Positions 1-12,464 of a stretch of DNA of 64,000 nucleotides are shown in pieces. Position 1 is the stretch's first letter. The number at the start of each line of letters is the position of its first letter. The notes below the pieces were generated by a model. The model did not search any database, was not told the DNA's origin, and was given only the letters and a program-made list of their open reading frames with translations. This stretch comes from Hypomesus transpacificus (lineage: Eukaryota): positions 12,968,768 through 13,032,767 of the forward strand of contig NC_061076.1 in NCBI RefSeq assembly GCF_021917145.1, written 5' to 3'. A program made the position numbers and the translations under genes.

Positions 1-110
1 AATAGGTTTCCTCCTGACGGAGGAATCCTAATAATAATAATAAAACTAACAATAACAATAGGTTTCCTCCTGACGGAGGAATCCTAAATATAACTGCAAG
101 CAGTAATGGC
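1..110 (+). repeat. 57-bp tandem repeat (about 2 copies; window starts inside the array) at the 5' end of LINE copy 1
   Basis: Unit 'aataggtttcctcctgacggaggaatcctaataataataataaaactaacaataacaat' repeats directly. The same array is found at 4641-4860. Confidence 0.8.
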
Positions 111-545
111 AGATTCCTCCAAACATTGCGAACCATTGAAAAATGTATATTCTTGACAAATTGGAACTGTATAGAAAAATCTATGCTGCAGAATTACCAA
201 TGGGATACCAAATCTGAAATATAATACCACCAGGATCCACAAGGGCCTTTATTTCAACTCAAGGAGTGAAGGGAGGGGGCTTGGTTAGCCTATCCATTCC
301 AGAAAGCCTTTGTGCTTTAGGGCGTGGAATGTAGCGCCACATATGGGTAATGGTGGGACAGTTGTGGTTTGGTAATTACCCTTGGTCTATACTTTCAAAA
401 AAGCTCGACCAGAGAATACCCCCCGCTCTCAGGGTACCGAGCTTCAGCTCAGTCATGATGCTGGGATGAATGTAGGCCTATATGTAGAGACCAGGGAGAC
501 AGACACACCGGCCAGCTGCCCTGATGGGTCCGTGGTAGATCATTA

Positions 546-1112
546 ATGCGGGTTGTATCCTACAACGCTCGTGGCCTCCGAGTAGGACATACTGCTGCTG
601 ATAGATCAAGACATTTGGTGGTGGACACATTGCTGGACGAGAGTGACATTGTCTGCCTTCAAGAAACCTGGATGACCAAGCAAGATCTGGACAAATTGAA
701 CTCCCTACACAAGAACTTTCATGGTGCTGGAGAGTCCACTACCGATCTCAGCATGAGAATGGTTTGTGGGAGGATAGCTGGTGGTGTAGCTATACTGTGG
801 AACATAAAATATGACCCAACGGTAAAGGTGGTGTGGCTTAACGTTGACTGGGCTATTGGGTTGGAGTTTAATCACAATGAAAATAAATGTACTATTGTAA
901 ATGTGTACACACCATATGAATCCTATGACCATGAGGATGAATTTCAGAACAGGTTAGCTTTTATTCAGTCCTTCATAGAGGACAATAGTTCATGTTGTGT
1001 CTATGTCATGGGTGATTTTAATGCTGACATGTCAGATAAGCGTTTATTCGCACAACATCTGCAGCAGTTCTGTAATGAAACTAAATTAATTATATCAAGC
1101 GTTATTGCCTGA
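546..1112 (+). pseudogene. Endonuclease (APE-like) domain of LINE copy 1; the ORF then breaks into frames 1105-1323, 1320-1541 and 1435-1698
   Basis: 188-aa ORF with EEP catalytic motifs. Downstream frames are continuous in sequence but frameshifted. Confidence 0.6.
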
Positions 1113-1694
1113 TACAAGTTTTACCTATATAAGTGAAACGTGGCACACAACTTCCTGGCTAGACCATATTGTAACCACAGCCGATGCTCATGACTCACTG
1201 GAAAGTATAGAGATGTGTTATGGGCTGGCCACCACTGATCACATACCAGTTGCTATGCTGCTAAATGTTGAGAGTGTACCCTTGTTGCTGGCCCCCCAAG
1301 AAAACTGGACTGGTCAAAATTGACCAAAGAGGTTCGGCACAGATATTCTCTATTAACTGACAGCTTACATAGTGATGTTGCATTTTCTAGGGATGCCCTA
1401 ATGTGCACGGATATGAACTGCAAGGATAAACATCATGCTGAAAAGCTCTGTGCCATGTATGATGATATTGTCAAATGTCTTTATGCTTCCAGTGAACCTT
1501 TTATTAATCACAAGAGTAAACACACGGCCTGTCTGGAATGAGTTTGTGTCTGAGCAACATGCTGCTGCTAGAGAAGCCTTTAGAGTCTGGTCAGAGGCAG
1601 GCAGACCCAGACAGGGAGTGCTGCTTGATAACAAAAACCTCACAAATGCTAGATTTAAATATGCACTCGTTTCATTAAGAGAAATGAAAACACA

Positions 1695-2878
1695 ATGAGA
1701 GCAGACTCGCTGGCCAGAAAGATGCAGAATAACAATCTTACTGACTTCTGGAAGGAGGTCAAGATCATCAATAATAACAGAACTCCCCTCCCTTCTGATA
1801 TCAAAGGGGTTAGTTGTCCAGAGAAGATTGCTGATCTATGGAATGAGCACTACAGTAAACTATTTAATTGTGTTCAAAGTAACACAGTGAGAATTGATAA
1901 TGAATATAAAGGTATCTCTGCAGACTTGATAGTTAGATCAGTAGATATTTATGATGCCATCCACATGCTAGACAACAACAAAGCTTGTGGTATGGATTGC
2001 ATTTCTGCAGAGCATCTAAAAAATGCCAGTTATAGACTCAGTCCATTTCTAGCCATGTGTCTCACTGGACTTATGGTTCATGGTGTTCTACCGAACTCTA
2101 TTATGTCAGTACTGTTAGTGCCTGTTGTTAAAGATAAGGCTGGTAAACTGAACAGCATAGACAACTATCGACCCCTTGCATTGGCCAGTATCTTGTCTAA
2201 AGTGTTTGAGAGAATTATTTGATTGAAATTGGAAATGTATATTCTGACTGCAGAAAATCAGTTTGGTTTTAAAAGAAAACATGGTACTGATCTCTGTATC
2301 TATGCTCTGAAGGAGATTGTCTCAGGTACACAAGTCTTAATTCATCTGTATTTTTATGCTTTATTGATGCTTACAAAGCTTTCGATCGAATTTGTCATGA
2401 AAAACTGTTTATGAAGCTAATAGCGAGAGGTGTCCCTAAACCTCTTGTGAGGATTTTGGTGTTCTGGTATGCCAATCAAACTTTTCATGTTAAATGGGAC
2501 AATGTTGTATCAGCTGCTTTCCATGTTGGTAACGGAGTTCGACAAGGAGGAATTTGATTTCCCTTTTTGTTTAATATGGATATGGACGACTTATCAAGCC
2601 AGCTGAATAAGACAAATACAGGCTGTCTTGTTGGTGAATCTATTGTCAATCATCTGATGTACGCAGATTATCTGGTTCCACTCAGCCTGTTGCAACAGAT
2701 GCTATGGGTGTGCTCTCAGTATGGCTTAGATCATGATATAAAATATAATGCAAAGAAAAGCCACATAATGATAGTCAGAAGTAATCAGGACAGGAAATTA
2801 ACCTTCCCTACCTTTTATTTATCTGGCAGTCCCCTTGGTGTTTGTGAGGAAATAAAATATCTGCCATGTCATTTCTGA
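1695..2878 (+). pseudogene. Reverse-transcriptase domain fragments of LINE copy 1 (ORFs 1695-2222, 2223-2414, 2567-2878)
   Basis: RT motifs: YRPLALASILSKVFERII, FGFKRKHGTDLCIYAL, NHLMYADYLVPLS. Confidence 0.65.
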
Positions 2879-3084
2879 TGATTGGACAGATGACAACGAT
2901 ATGTATCAACGGCGCTGTCAAATATATTCTCAGGCCAGTATGTTATTAAGGACGTTTTCTATGTGCTCAGATTCAGTTAAATGTTCCCTGTTTAGAACCT
3001 ACATAACACCATTGTACACTGCTCATTTGTGGTCTATGTACAGGTAAAGGAGTATACAGATACTGAAAGTAGCCTACAATGATG

Positions 3085-3306
3085 CTTTTAGATTGCTACT
3101 TAATGTGCCAAGGTGGCATAGTGCTAGTCAGTTGTTTGTGTCTAAGCACGTACTAACCTGTAAGGCAATCCTGAGACAACTGATGTATGGTTTCAATGAT
3201 GCTTTTAGATTGCTACTTAATGTGCCTAGGTGGCATAGTGCTGGTCAGTTGTTTCTGTCTAAGCACGTACCAACCTGTAAGGCACTCCTGAGACAACTGA
3301 TGTATG
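3085..3306 (+). repeat. Internal ~111-bp tandem duplication in the 3' part of LINE copy 1
   Basis: ORF 3093-3341 shows the duplicated peptide LLNVPRWHSA.QLF.SKHV.TCKA.LRQLMYGF twice. Confidence 0.7.
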
Positions 3307-3527
3307 GTTTCATGTGTCGACTGGACAAGTCTGAGAACTGAATAGTAGAGGCCCTGGTCAACCCTCTAAAGAGCTGCTATCGATTACTTGGAACTTAAGA
3401 CTACATTGGCACAAAAGTCTTCATACTTTTTATGCACTGTATTATCTATGTTTTATGTTTTTGTTTTACTCTCTTTTTTATAGCTCTATGTCTGTTATTT
3501 TATGTGGAACTTGGCGTCTGAAATAAA

Positions 3528-3578
3528 GATTTATATATATATATAAATACAAATATATATATATATATATATATCAAT
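3528..3578. repeat. (TA)n/(AT)n microsatellite forming the LINE 3' tail
   Basis: 'atatatatatataaatacaaatatatatatatatatatat' lies immediately after AATAAA. Confidence 0.85.
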
Positions 3579-4640
3579 GTTTAAGGATTTGTATAACTTT
3601 TTACCATTGCATACAAAATCGGAAATGCAATACCAAAAAGATCAGCTTTTGTTAAGAGATCCAAGATTACAAGATCCACAAGGCCTTTGCTAGAGACTAA
3701 GGAATGAGTGGGGGCTTGGTCAGCCCACACTCTCCTGAAATGTTGCGTGTGCGTCTTGCCAAGCCCGTGCGTGTGTAAGTTAAGGCTGAGTGTGTGAGGA
3801 TGTGGAGCACGCGCGGGCAGGAGGAGGGGAGACATTCATTGGAAATTTGGCTAGAAATTAGCCAAGCAAGCATGTTTCAAATGTTCACCAAAAATCGACC
3901 TTTGATCTTACAGTCAACTTTTTCACAGATTTGTGTTATAAACATTCTCAAGAGTCTTCATATGAACTTGTGATTGAATCAGAGTATCAGTTTTTGACTG
4001 GCTGATGTGTAAAGCATTATTTTAGCGTTAGCGATAAGTTCAATTTGCTTTATATCAATCATTTTTGGAGATATGAAGTTGCCTTTGCACACGGTAACAT
4101 GTTGTAGTGTCTTCCATCGATATACCAAGTTTCGTGTTGATATCTCAAAGATTTGCTGAGACATTACTTCACATCCTGTTTGGCGGCTTTTCTGATGAAT
4201 TTGATTGGCTGTAACGGACAAACGGTTGTGAGGATCAAAATTCTTTTCGATAACTTTTGTGAGGCTTGGTCTGAAGATCATCTCTGGTAACTTTGAAAAA
4301 GATATGACAAAAATTGTAGGAGGAGTAGGCTTTCAAAGGTTTTTGATAAAACCGGAAATAGCGGAAAATCTATATAACCGGAAATTGACGCCATGGTGTG
4401 CATTGAACTCGGCTTGATCCAGGGAATCCAAAGGTACCTCATTTTTGAAAATCGGTCATACGGTTCAAAAGTTGCGTGTGTAAACACAAGTCCAACTTTG
4501 ACCCGTTGGTGGCGCTGGAGTGGTCTAATGGGAGACATGAAACTTGGTGTAGGTATAGAATAAACTGTCCTTAATGAGTGTGCCAAATTTCACAAAAAGT
4601 TGTCGAAGGGTTCTAGGGGCTGCCATTGACTTCCATGGAA

Positions 4641-4860
4641 CAAGAATAATAATAATAATAAAACTAACAATAACAATAGGTTTCCTCCTGACGGAGGAAT
4701 CCTAATAAAACTAACAATAACAATAGGTTTCCTCCTGACGGAGGAATCCTAATAATAAAACTAACAATAACAATAGGTTTCCTCCTGACGGAGGAATCCT
4801 AATAATAATAATAAAACTAACAATAACAATAGGTTTCCTCCTGACGGAGGAATCCTAAAT
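4641..4860 (+). repeat. 57-bp tandem repeat array (about 4 copies) at the 5' end of LINE copy 2
   Basis: Same unit as 1-110, with unit lengths varying by an (aat)n expansion. Confidence 0.85.
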
Positions 4861-7800
4861 ATAACTGCAAGCAGTAATGGCGGATTCCTCCAAACATTGC
4901 GAACCATTGAAAAATGTATATTCTTGACAAATTGGAACTGTATAGAAAAATCTATGCTGCAGAATTACCAATGGGATACCAAATCTGAAATATAATACCA
5001 CCAGGATCCACAAGGGCCTTTATTTCAACTCAAGGAGTGAAGGGAGGGGGCTTGGTTAGCCTATCCATTCCAGAAAGCCTTTGTGCTTTAGGGCGTGGAA
5101 TGTAGCGCCACATATGGGTAATGGTGGGACAGTTGTGGTTTGGTAATTACCCTTGGTCTATACTTTCAAAAAAGCTCGACCAGAGAATACCCCCCGCTCT
5201 CAGGGTACCGAGCTTCAGCTCAGTCATGATGCTGGGATGAATGTAGGCCTATATGTAGAGACCAGGGAGACAGACACACCGGCCAGCTGCCCTGATGGGT
5301 CCGTGGTAGATCATTAATGCGGGTTGTATCCTACAACGCTCGTGGCCTCCGAGTAGGACATACTGCTGCTGATAGATCAAGACGTTTGGTGGTGGACACA
5401 TTGCTGGACGAGAGTGACATTGTCTGCCTTCAAGAAACCTGGATGACCAAGCAAGATCTGGACAAATTGAACTCCCTACACAAGAACTTTCATGGTGCTG
5501 GAGAGTCCACTACCGATCTCAGCATGAGAATGGTTTGTGGGAGGATAGCTGGTGGTGTAGCTATACTGTGGAACATAAAATATGACCCAACGGTAAAGGT
5601 GGTGTGGCTTAACGTTGACTGGGCTATTGGGTTGGAGTTTAATCACAATTAAAATAAATGTACTATTGTAAATGTGTACACACCATATGAATCCTATGAC
5701 CATGAGGATGAATTTCAGAACAGGTTAGCTTTTATTCAGTCCTTCATAGAGGACAATAGTTCATGTTGTGTCTATGTCATGGGTGATTTTAATGCTGACA
5801 TGTCAGATAAGCGTTTATTCGCACAACATCTGCAGCAGTTCTGTAATGAAACTAAATTAATTATATCAAGCGTTATTGCCTGATACAAGTTTTACCTATA
5901 TAAGTGAAACGTGGCACACAACTTCCTGGCTAGACCATATTGTAACCACAGCCGATGCTCATGACTCACTGGAAAGTATAGAGATGTGTTATGGGCTGGC
6001 CACCACTGATCACATACCAGTTGCTATGCTGCTAAATGTTGAGAGTGTACCCTTGTTGCTGGCCCCCCAAGAAAACTGGACTGGTCAAAATTGACCAAAG
6101 AGGTTATGCACAGATATTCTCTATTAACTGACAGCTTACATAGTGATGTTGCATTTTCTAGGGATGCCCTAATGTGCACGGATATGAACTGCAAGGATAA
6201 ACATCATGCTGAAAAGCTCTGTGCCATGTATGATGATATTGTCAAATGTCTTTATGCTTTCAGTGAAGGTTTTATTAATCACAAGAGTAAGGTCCCTAAC
6301 GCACGGCCTGTCTGGAATGAGTTTGTGTCTGAGCAACATGCTGCTGCTAGAGAAGCCTTTAGAGTCTGGTCAGAGGCAGGCAGACCCAGACAGAGAGTGC
6401 TGCTTGATAACAAAAACCTCACAAATGCTAGATTTAAATATGCACTCGTTTCATTAAGAGAAATGAAAACACAATGAGAGCAGACTCGCTGGCCAGAAAG
6501 ATGCAGAATAACAATCTTACTGACTTCTGGAAGGAGGTCAAGATCATAAATAATAACAGAACTCCCCTCCCTTCTGATATCAAAGGGGTTAGTTGTCCAG
6601 AGAAGATTGCTGATCTATGGCATGAGCACTACAGTAAACTATTTAATTGTGTTCAAAGTAACACAGTGAGAATTGATAATCAATATAAAGGTATCTCTGC
6701 AGACTTGATAGTTAGATCAGTAGATATTTATGATGCCATCCACATGCTAGACAACAACAAAGCTTGTGGTATGGATTCCATTTCTGCAGAGCATCTAAAA
6801 AATGCCAGTTATAGACTCAGTCCATTTCTAGCCATGTGTCTCACTGGAATTATGGTTCATGGTGTTCTACCGAACTCTATTATGTCAGTACTGTTAGTGC
6901 CTGTTGTTAAAGATAAGGCTGGTAAACTGAACAGCATAGACAACTGTAGCGCCTCTCTAGTTTGGTGGATTTGTAATGAGAGGTGGCTAACCTGAGTTCG
7001 TTAGTAATTGTTACTAACTTAAACCAATTTAACATATGAAAAAAACAATACAACCAACTGTTAAACAAAAACAGGAAAGATTTACTTCAGACAAAAAATC
7101 AGTTCTTCAGTTATTGGTTCAACATTTACATGACATCGTAATGCACATGGACACACAATACAAACTAGCCGGCAATGCTAACTACACGAATACCTTAATT
7201 CAGTACAGTTCTACGGTGCAGGCCTGAGTGTAGCTCGTGTGCGTTGTAGCCGTAAACAAAATGGCTGTTTCGCCAGGATGGCACAAAATAACAAGGAGCT
7301 GGTACCTCGGATCAGCAGTGCGGTAGCACACGCACTGCGGCAGAAGGGCGGCAGCAGGTGAAGGAGAGACCGACCAAATACTCTCGTGGATTTACGAGAC
7401 GAACCAACTCAGGAAGAAGACTGAGGACGACGACAATCCCGACCTCCACCGGCTCCAACCTGGCACTCGCTGTCGCTAGTCTGGCGGCAAAGCCCGTGCT
7501 TAATCCAAAACCGCCAACAGCCAAACTCCTCTTTCTGGGTTATTGTTGTTGGTTGAGATATTCACCCAACAATATAAACATAACACCACTAATGATAATA
7601 TAAAATCTTCACTCTTGGTATTTTACCGTACGCTACAATTTTCTTCTCCCTCCAACTCCTCCGCTCGCTCTGTCTTTTTCTACTCCAACCTCATCTACCC
7701 CAACTTCCCGTGTTACCCTGCCCTTTGACCTCAAACCGGATTGGCTTAACATCATAATCAAAATTAAAGCAACAACATAGATTCACAAAACATTCATCTT

Positions 7801-8820
7801 ACTCTCTTCATATTTGTAACCGGTACATTTTAACATGCGTTTTTTAAACAACAGATATACATTTCCAAATGCTGTATTCAGTAAAACATGAACAATATGC
7901 ATTTCTCATCAAATCAAAATCATAGTCTCAAACCTTAAAGTCTATTTATTAAACTATGAACTTAAGTATTATGTATTCAAACTTTTATATTTATGTAATA
8001 GGATTGTTTCAACAGAAATGTTTACCACCCGGGCTACACAACTATCGACCCATTGCATTGGCCAGTATCTTGTCTAAAGTGTTTGAGAGAATTATTTGAT
8101 TGAAATTGGAAATGTATATTCTGACTGCAGAAAATCAGTTTGGTTTTAAAAGAAAACATGGTACTGATCTCTGTATCTATGCTCTGAAGGAGATTGTCTC
8201 AGGTACACAAGTCTTAATTCATCTGTATTTTTATGCTTTATTGATGCTTACAAAGCTTTCGATCGAATTTGTCATGAAAAACTGTTTATGAAGCTAATAG
8301 CGAGAGGTGTCCCTAAACCTCTTGTGAGGATTTTGGTGTTCTGGTATGCCAATCAAACTTTTCATGTTAAATGGGACAATGTTGTATCAGCTGCTTTCCA
8401 TGTTGGTAACGGAGTTCGACAAGGAGGAATTTGATTTCCCTTTTTGTTTAATATGGATATGGACGACTTATCAAGCCAGCTGAATAAGACAAATACAGGC
8501 TGTCTTGTTGGTGAATCTATTGTCAATCATCTGATGTACGCAGATGATCTGGTTCCACTCAGCCTGTTGCAACAGATGCTATGGGTGTGCTCTCAGTATG
8601 GCTTAGATCATGATATAAAATATAATGCAAAGAAAAGCCACATAATGATAGTCAGAAGTAATCAGGACAGGAAATTAACCTTCCCTACCTTTTATTTATC
8701 TGGCAGTCCCCTTGGTGTTTGTGAGGAAATAAAAGATCTGCCATGTCATTTCTGATGATTGGACAGATGACAACGATATGTATCAACAGCGCTGTCAAAT
8801 ATATTCTCAGGCCAGTATGT
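4861..8820 (+). mobile_element. RTE/Rex3-like non-LTR retrotransposon, copy 2
   Basis: About 99% identical to copy 1, at an offset of 4770 bp. It has an in-frame TAA at ~5650 where copy 1 has GAA. It carries a 1084-bp insertion at 6945-8028. Homology to copy 1 is lost at ~8820 (copy 1 position ~2943), so the 3' end is replaced or deleted. Confidence 0.7.
6945..8028. mobile_element. Nested ~1.08 kb TIR-bearing insertion inside the RT region of LINE copy 2 (unknown DNA-transposon or MITE family)
   Basis: The segment is absent from copy 1 at the exactly corresponding site (gacaac|tatcgacc). Its termini are 'tgtagcgcc...gggctaca', an inverted repeat of about 8 bp. The short flanking direct repeat 'caac' or 'acaac' is duplicated. 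Confidence 0.55.
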
Positions 8821-8989
8821 TATTAAATACGATGGGAACACATCACATTAACAATTCTAAAACGCTTGACACGCCAAATGTTGTCTTTTTTTGTCAAGCG
8901 TCCCTGAAGCTCAGATTCCGAGTCGAGTTCCATGAAGCTATTTCGTTGCAGTGAATGGGTGCAGGCACTAATCGGACTTCACCTCAAAT

Positions 8990-9200
8990 ATCTCAAAAGT
9001 GCGAACTGGGAAATGTTAGCGGTTTCACAGTCCTGTAGAGGACATTTTCCTGAACAGATTGACATCAAGTTGAGGTTGTGGCATTAACGTTCAGGTTAGT
9101 AGCCAAGGGTGTAAAGACCACTCGGCTAATTACAGACATCTTAAACTGTTAAAACTTCAGTGCCACATTCGGTAGGGTATTCACACAGGCATTGGCTCAA
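8990..9200 (+). repeat. Dispersed repeat family A, copy 1 (~210 bp)
   Basis: 'gggaaatgtt.gcggttt(t)cacagtcctgtagagga...gaggttgtggcattaa.gttcaggttagtag...ggtattcacacagg.attggctc' recurs at 10068-10270. Confidence 0.6.
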
Positions 9201-9650
9201 TCCTAGTTTTCGGGACTACTAGCTTGAATGTTTTTAGATGTTTATCTGCTACAAATGAATGAGTTGTCTAAAAAATGAGTTGGAACAAAATACCACTATT
9301 AAGTGTGCCCTTTGCGCCCCTCCCCCCACCTGTCACAGGGCTAGGCTGCTGCTGTAACTTGCTAGCCAACCTTTACTGAGGGGACTGTTTGAACGCGCTG
9401 GAATAAAAAAAATGTAATCTTTATGTATATTTGAGACCATCCGTAGATTCGTAGATGTACGTTTCCACTATATGTTAACCAATTTTAAGGGCGATCCGAT
9501 TAAATGAGCGAAAACAAGGCACATCTGTCCATATTTTGTTAGTGAAGCAGGGAGAGGAATGCTCGTGGCAAGCTAACTAGCTGGGTAGAGCGATGGGGAG
9601 TTTGTTAGCACTCAAAATGTAGCTCTAAAACAGGGGCACTCCTAGGACAT

Positions 9651-10032
9651 TAGCCTGACGTTGTCATACTCATAATTCTAGTCAGAATATGAGTCTGAAA
9701 ACTCTCCGTTGGGCTGTGACTACGGGGAGTGTTTCAACTGAACTCGTAAAACAAATGCCTCTTCGCTCAATTGGATAGACCTACAACCAATCAGAGCAAT
9801 GTAATATGTTGTTTGTTGAAAACAAATTCAACCCAAGCGCTCTTTCGTGACGTTGTTGATTACGTTACTGTTGATCATCTGTCCATCATCGTATAAAGCC
9901 CGCCCTGGCAATTTCATTGGTCCGTCCCGATTCTGGTTTTCTGTAGTTGTCCCCAATACGAGACCCTCCAGACCCAACTTCCCGACCAAATTTTTTTGTG
10001 GGGGGGGAGAAGTTGGGCTGGCAGCCAGGCTA
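9651..10032 (+). mobile_element. MITE family B (~385 bp; TIR 'tagcctg...caggcta') with a 9-bp TSD
   Basis: Flanked by 'ctaggacat' (9642-9650) and 'ctagtacat' (10033-10041). A second copy at 30834-31235 has a perfect 9-bp TSD. The termini are inverted (tagcctgacg / rc tagcctggct). Confidence 0.65.
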
Positions 10033-10067
10033 CTAGTACATAAGCTCAATTATAAAAAATCCCCCAG

Positions 10068-10270
10068 CTGGGAAATGTTCGCGGTTTTCACAGTCCTGTA
10101 GAGGAGACCTTCATGAACACAATGACATCAAATTGAGGCTGTGGCATTGAAGTTCAGGTTAGTAGGCAATGGCTCAAAGTACTCTCAGCCATTTACAGAC
10201 CTCTTAAAATGGGAAAACCTCTGTGCCACATACGGGATGGTATTCACACAGGGATTGGCTCTAATTTGAG
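10068..10270 (+). repeat. Dispersed repeat family A, copy 2
   Basis: About 85% identical to 8990-9200. Confidence 0.6.
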
Positions 10271-10779
10271 TGACAGGTTGATTCACCAATTGAAAAACTC
10301 ATCTGGGAATTTTGATTTTTGTAATGGGAGTGCTGAGATTTTACTGTCGCCGTTTGGCTTCCTAAAGCAGAAGAATTAGAGAATGAAAGAATTCCAAATG
10401 TTTCTAAACCATGTCTCGTACAGCATTACAGTGAGCTACACTGGTTTAAAACTACAGGTATATAAGAACAATTGTACCCATGAATTGTTTACTTGTAATA
10501 AAATGTCATAATAAAACATAAAAGGTTCATTGATATGTGAGGCATGTTCATTTTTTTAACGATTGAATACGGATGTATCACAGACCGCTCGAAAGTAAAT
10601 GTACTGATAATATCAGCGTACATCGCATTGTACATTAAATATCACAATTGTGTTTTTTATCACAATGTTAAATGAGCAATAAGTTCAGTTTGGCATTTGT
10701 TGATGCTTGGAACTCTCCGTTGTGATTACATTGAGAGCAGAACGTTTGTGCTCCCTACTGTCATGTACCAACGGAGGCA

Positions 10780-10917
10780 CTGGTATGTACCACTAGCTAC
10801 TGGCATGTACCACTAGCTACTGTCACATACCACTAGCTCCACTGGCATGTACCACTAGGTGCCAGTAGAGGCACTGGCATGTACCACTATCTACTGTCAC
10901 ATACCAGTGGAGTCACT
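10780..10917 (+). repeat. Minisatellite (~26-bp unit 'cactggcatgtaccactagctactg') abutting the MITE C 5' end
   Basis: Tandem degenerate units. A second array at 12465-12600 has no adjacent MITE. Confidence 0.7.
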
Positions 10918-10920
10918 GGC

Positions 10921-11766
10921 AGAGCCTGTTTAAGGAGAGCCTGCCCACTCCCTATTAAGCCCCATTGTACCGAATTTTGTTGCAGTTCCACCAGAGTTCC
11001 ACTGGGAGTGATCGTGGTCGAGTGCAAAATGAATGGGAGTCTATGGAGCTAAACGGCTAAATTTGTCTCTTTCGCCTGATTGTTGTTGATAAATCTCAGA
11101 TTTGATTGTAGTTTTTGCATGTTCAACATAGATTACAAGTCAAAAGTTGAATGAACGAGTACTTATGTCCTTTCGATTTCTTACATGGTAAGTCGTTGTG
11201 GCCCATAACACGCTAGCATTCTGCTAACGAATGCTGATTGGTTAGTGAAGGACTGACTACGACCAGAGATCCCGCTTGATGGCATCCGAAGCAAAAGCAG
11301 AACCAGAATGTCAGAGCATTAGCAACATTAGCAACAACATTAGCAAGCCAAAACTATTTCTAGCATGTGTATTGACAGGGAGAGCCTAACCTGTCAGCTG
11401 TGTTGTCGATGCCTCGAGAGAAAAGTGGAAGTAACCAGAGCTTGCCGTCAAGCAGTAGCTCTGATTGTACGTTGTGTATGACGTCAATGCCATTTTCAAA
11501 GGTTTTTTTAGAACAGAAAGGCGACTTTAAAAAATCCAACACCCCGCGGTGTGTATTTTTTTTGCCTCCCCTTTCGATTTCAGAATTCAAATTATTAGAC
11601 AAAAAATTATATCCTGAGAAAAGTGGATTTTGAGGGGTATAGCTCCATAGACCTCCATTCATTTTGCACTCGACCGTTGCGCCCTCATATGGAACTTGAG
11701 TGGAACTGCAACCAGTTCAGAACCCGGAAGTTTCCCGAGAGTGGGAGTTCTCTCTTTATTAGACAT
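10921..11766 (+). mobile_element. MITE family C (~850 bp, non-autonomous, ~80-bp subterminal inverted repeats), full copy
   Basis: The 5' end '...gttgcagttccaccagagttccactgggagtgatcgtggtcgagtgcaaaatgaatgggagtctatggagc' is the reverse complement of the 3' end 'gctccatagacctccattcattttgcactcgacc...gaacttgagtggaactgcaac'. Copies at 25884-26705, 29468-30290, 32439-32913 (-) and 43055-43519 (-). Confidence 0.7.
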
Positions 11767-12464
11767 GTTATTAGACAGGCTGTTTATCAATCCGAAGAAC
11801 GCTGAGAATGCAAGTACATTCTTTTGAAGAACCTTCTTGCTAGCGTCCTTACAAGAATTGTCTTGCAAGGACGGAGAATGAATTGAGATGGTTAGGGTTT
11901 TCCTGGACTCGCAGCATTATGATAACACTGACTAACTACAAAGACTAGATAACAAAGCAAAACAATGGTCCGTCTACCTGTAATTTTACGTTTTCTGTAG
12001 CCCTTGCTAACTTACAGTACCTAGTGTCTGCACTGCACTGAGATGCTAGCTAGGTTATCGACAAGTCGGAGCAAATTTACAAATGAGCCGTTTCATCAAT
12101 AAAATAAGAATATTTTCAGCGACTGAACTGCTTGTTTCTCGTCACATTTTAATTCAGATGCTGATTTACACGTACCGTTTAGCTGAAATATGAAAAGTAA
12201 AAAATTACAGTTGTGAGGTTTGTCTGCCTCGCTTGACATCTTGCAATGACTTCGGGAAATCAGAAGCATTCTTTCTGGTCAAGTCACCATCCGATGCATC
12301 ATCGATAAAAGGGGCGGATCAGGAACATTTCCGGGTATTTTTGGTGTTCTTGGTGACTTGTGTTCTTTGGATTGGAACCGTACTTGGGCAATAAAATACG
12401 ACGTCAAACGAGTTCGCAAGAACTCAAGAACGGAAAAAACGTGGATTGATAAACAGCCATTCTC

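Larger units (their letters stand above)
111..3580 (+). mobile_element. RTE/Rex3-like non-LTR retrotransposon, copy 1 (single ORF with APE endonuclease + reverse transcriptase; several frameshifts)
   Basis: ORF 546-1112 has an APE/EEP endonuclease signature (VVSYNARGL...VCLQETW...GDFN). The RT region 1695-2880 has FGFKRKHGT and a YADY (YADD in copy 2) motif. The 3' UTR carries AATAAA at ~3524 followed by a (TA)n tail. An overall length of ~3.4 kb fits RTE-clade elements. Confidence 0.7.

Noticed and set aside
705-932. 75-aa minus-strand ORF inside the LINE endonuclease region (and its twin at 5476-5703)
   Set aside because: It is antisense to the clearly homologous EN-domain frame and repeated only because the LINE itself is duplicated.
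1-4860. Regular 57-bp direct repeats, considered as a possible CRISPR array
   Set aside because: This is a eukaryotic genome with introns, SINEs and LINEs. The units are near-identical with no unique spacers. They are LINE 5' monomers or satellite.
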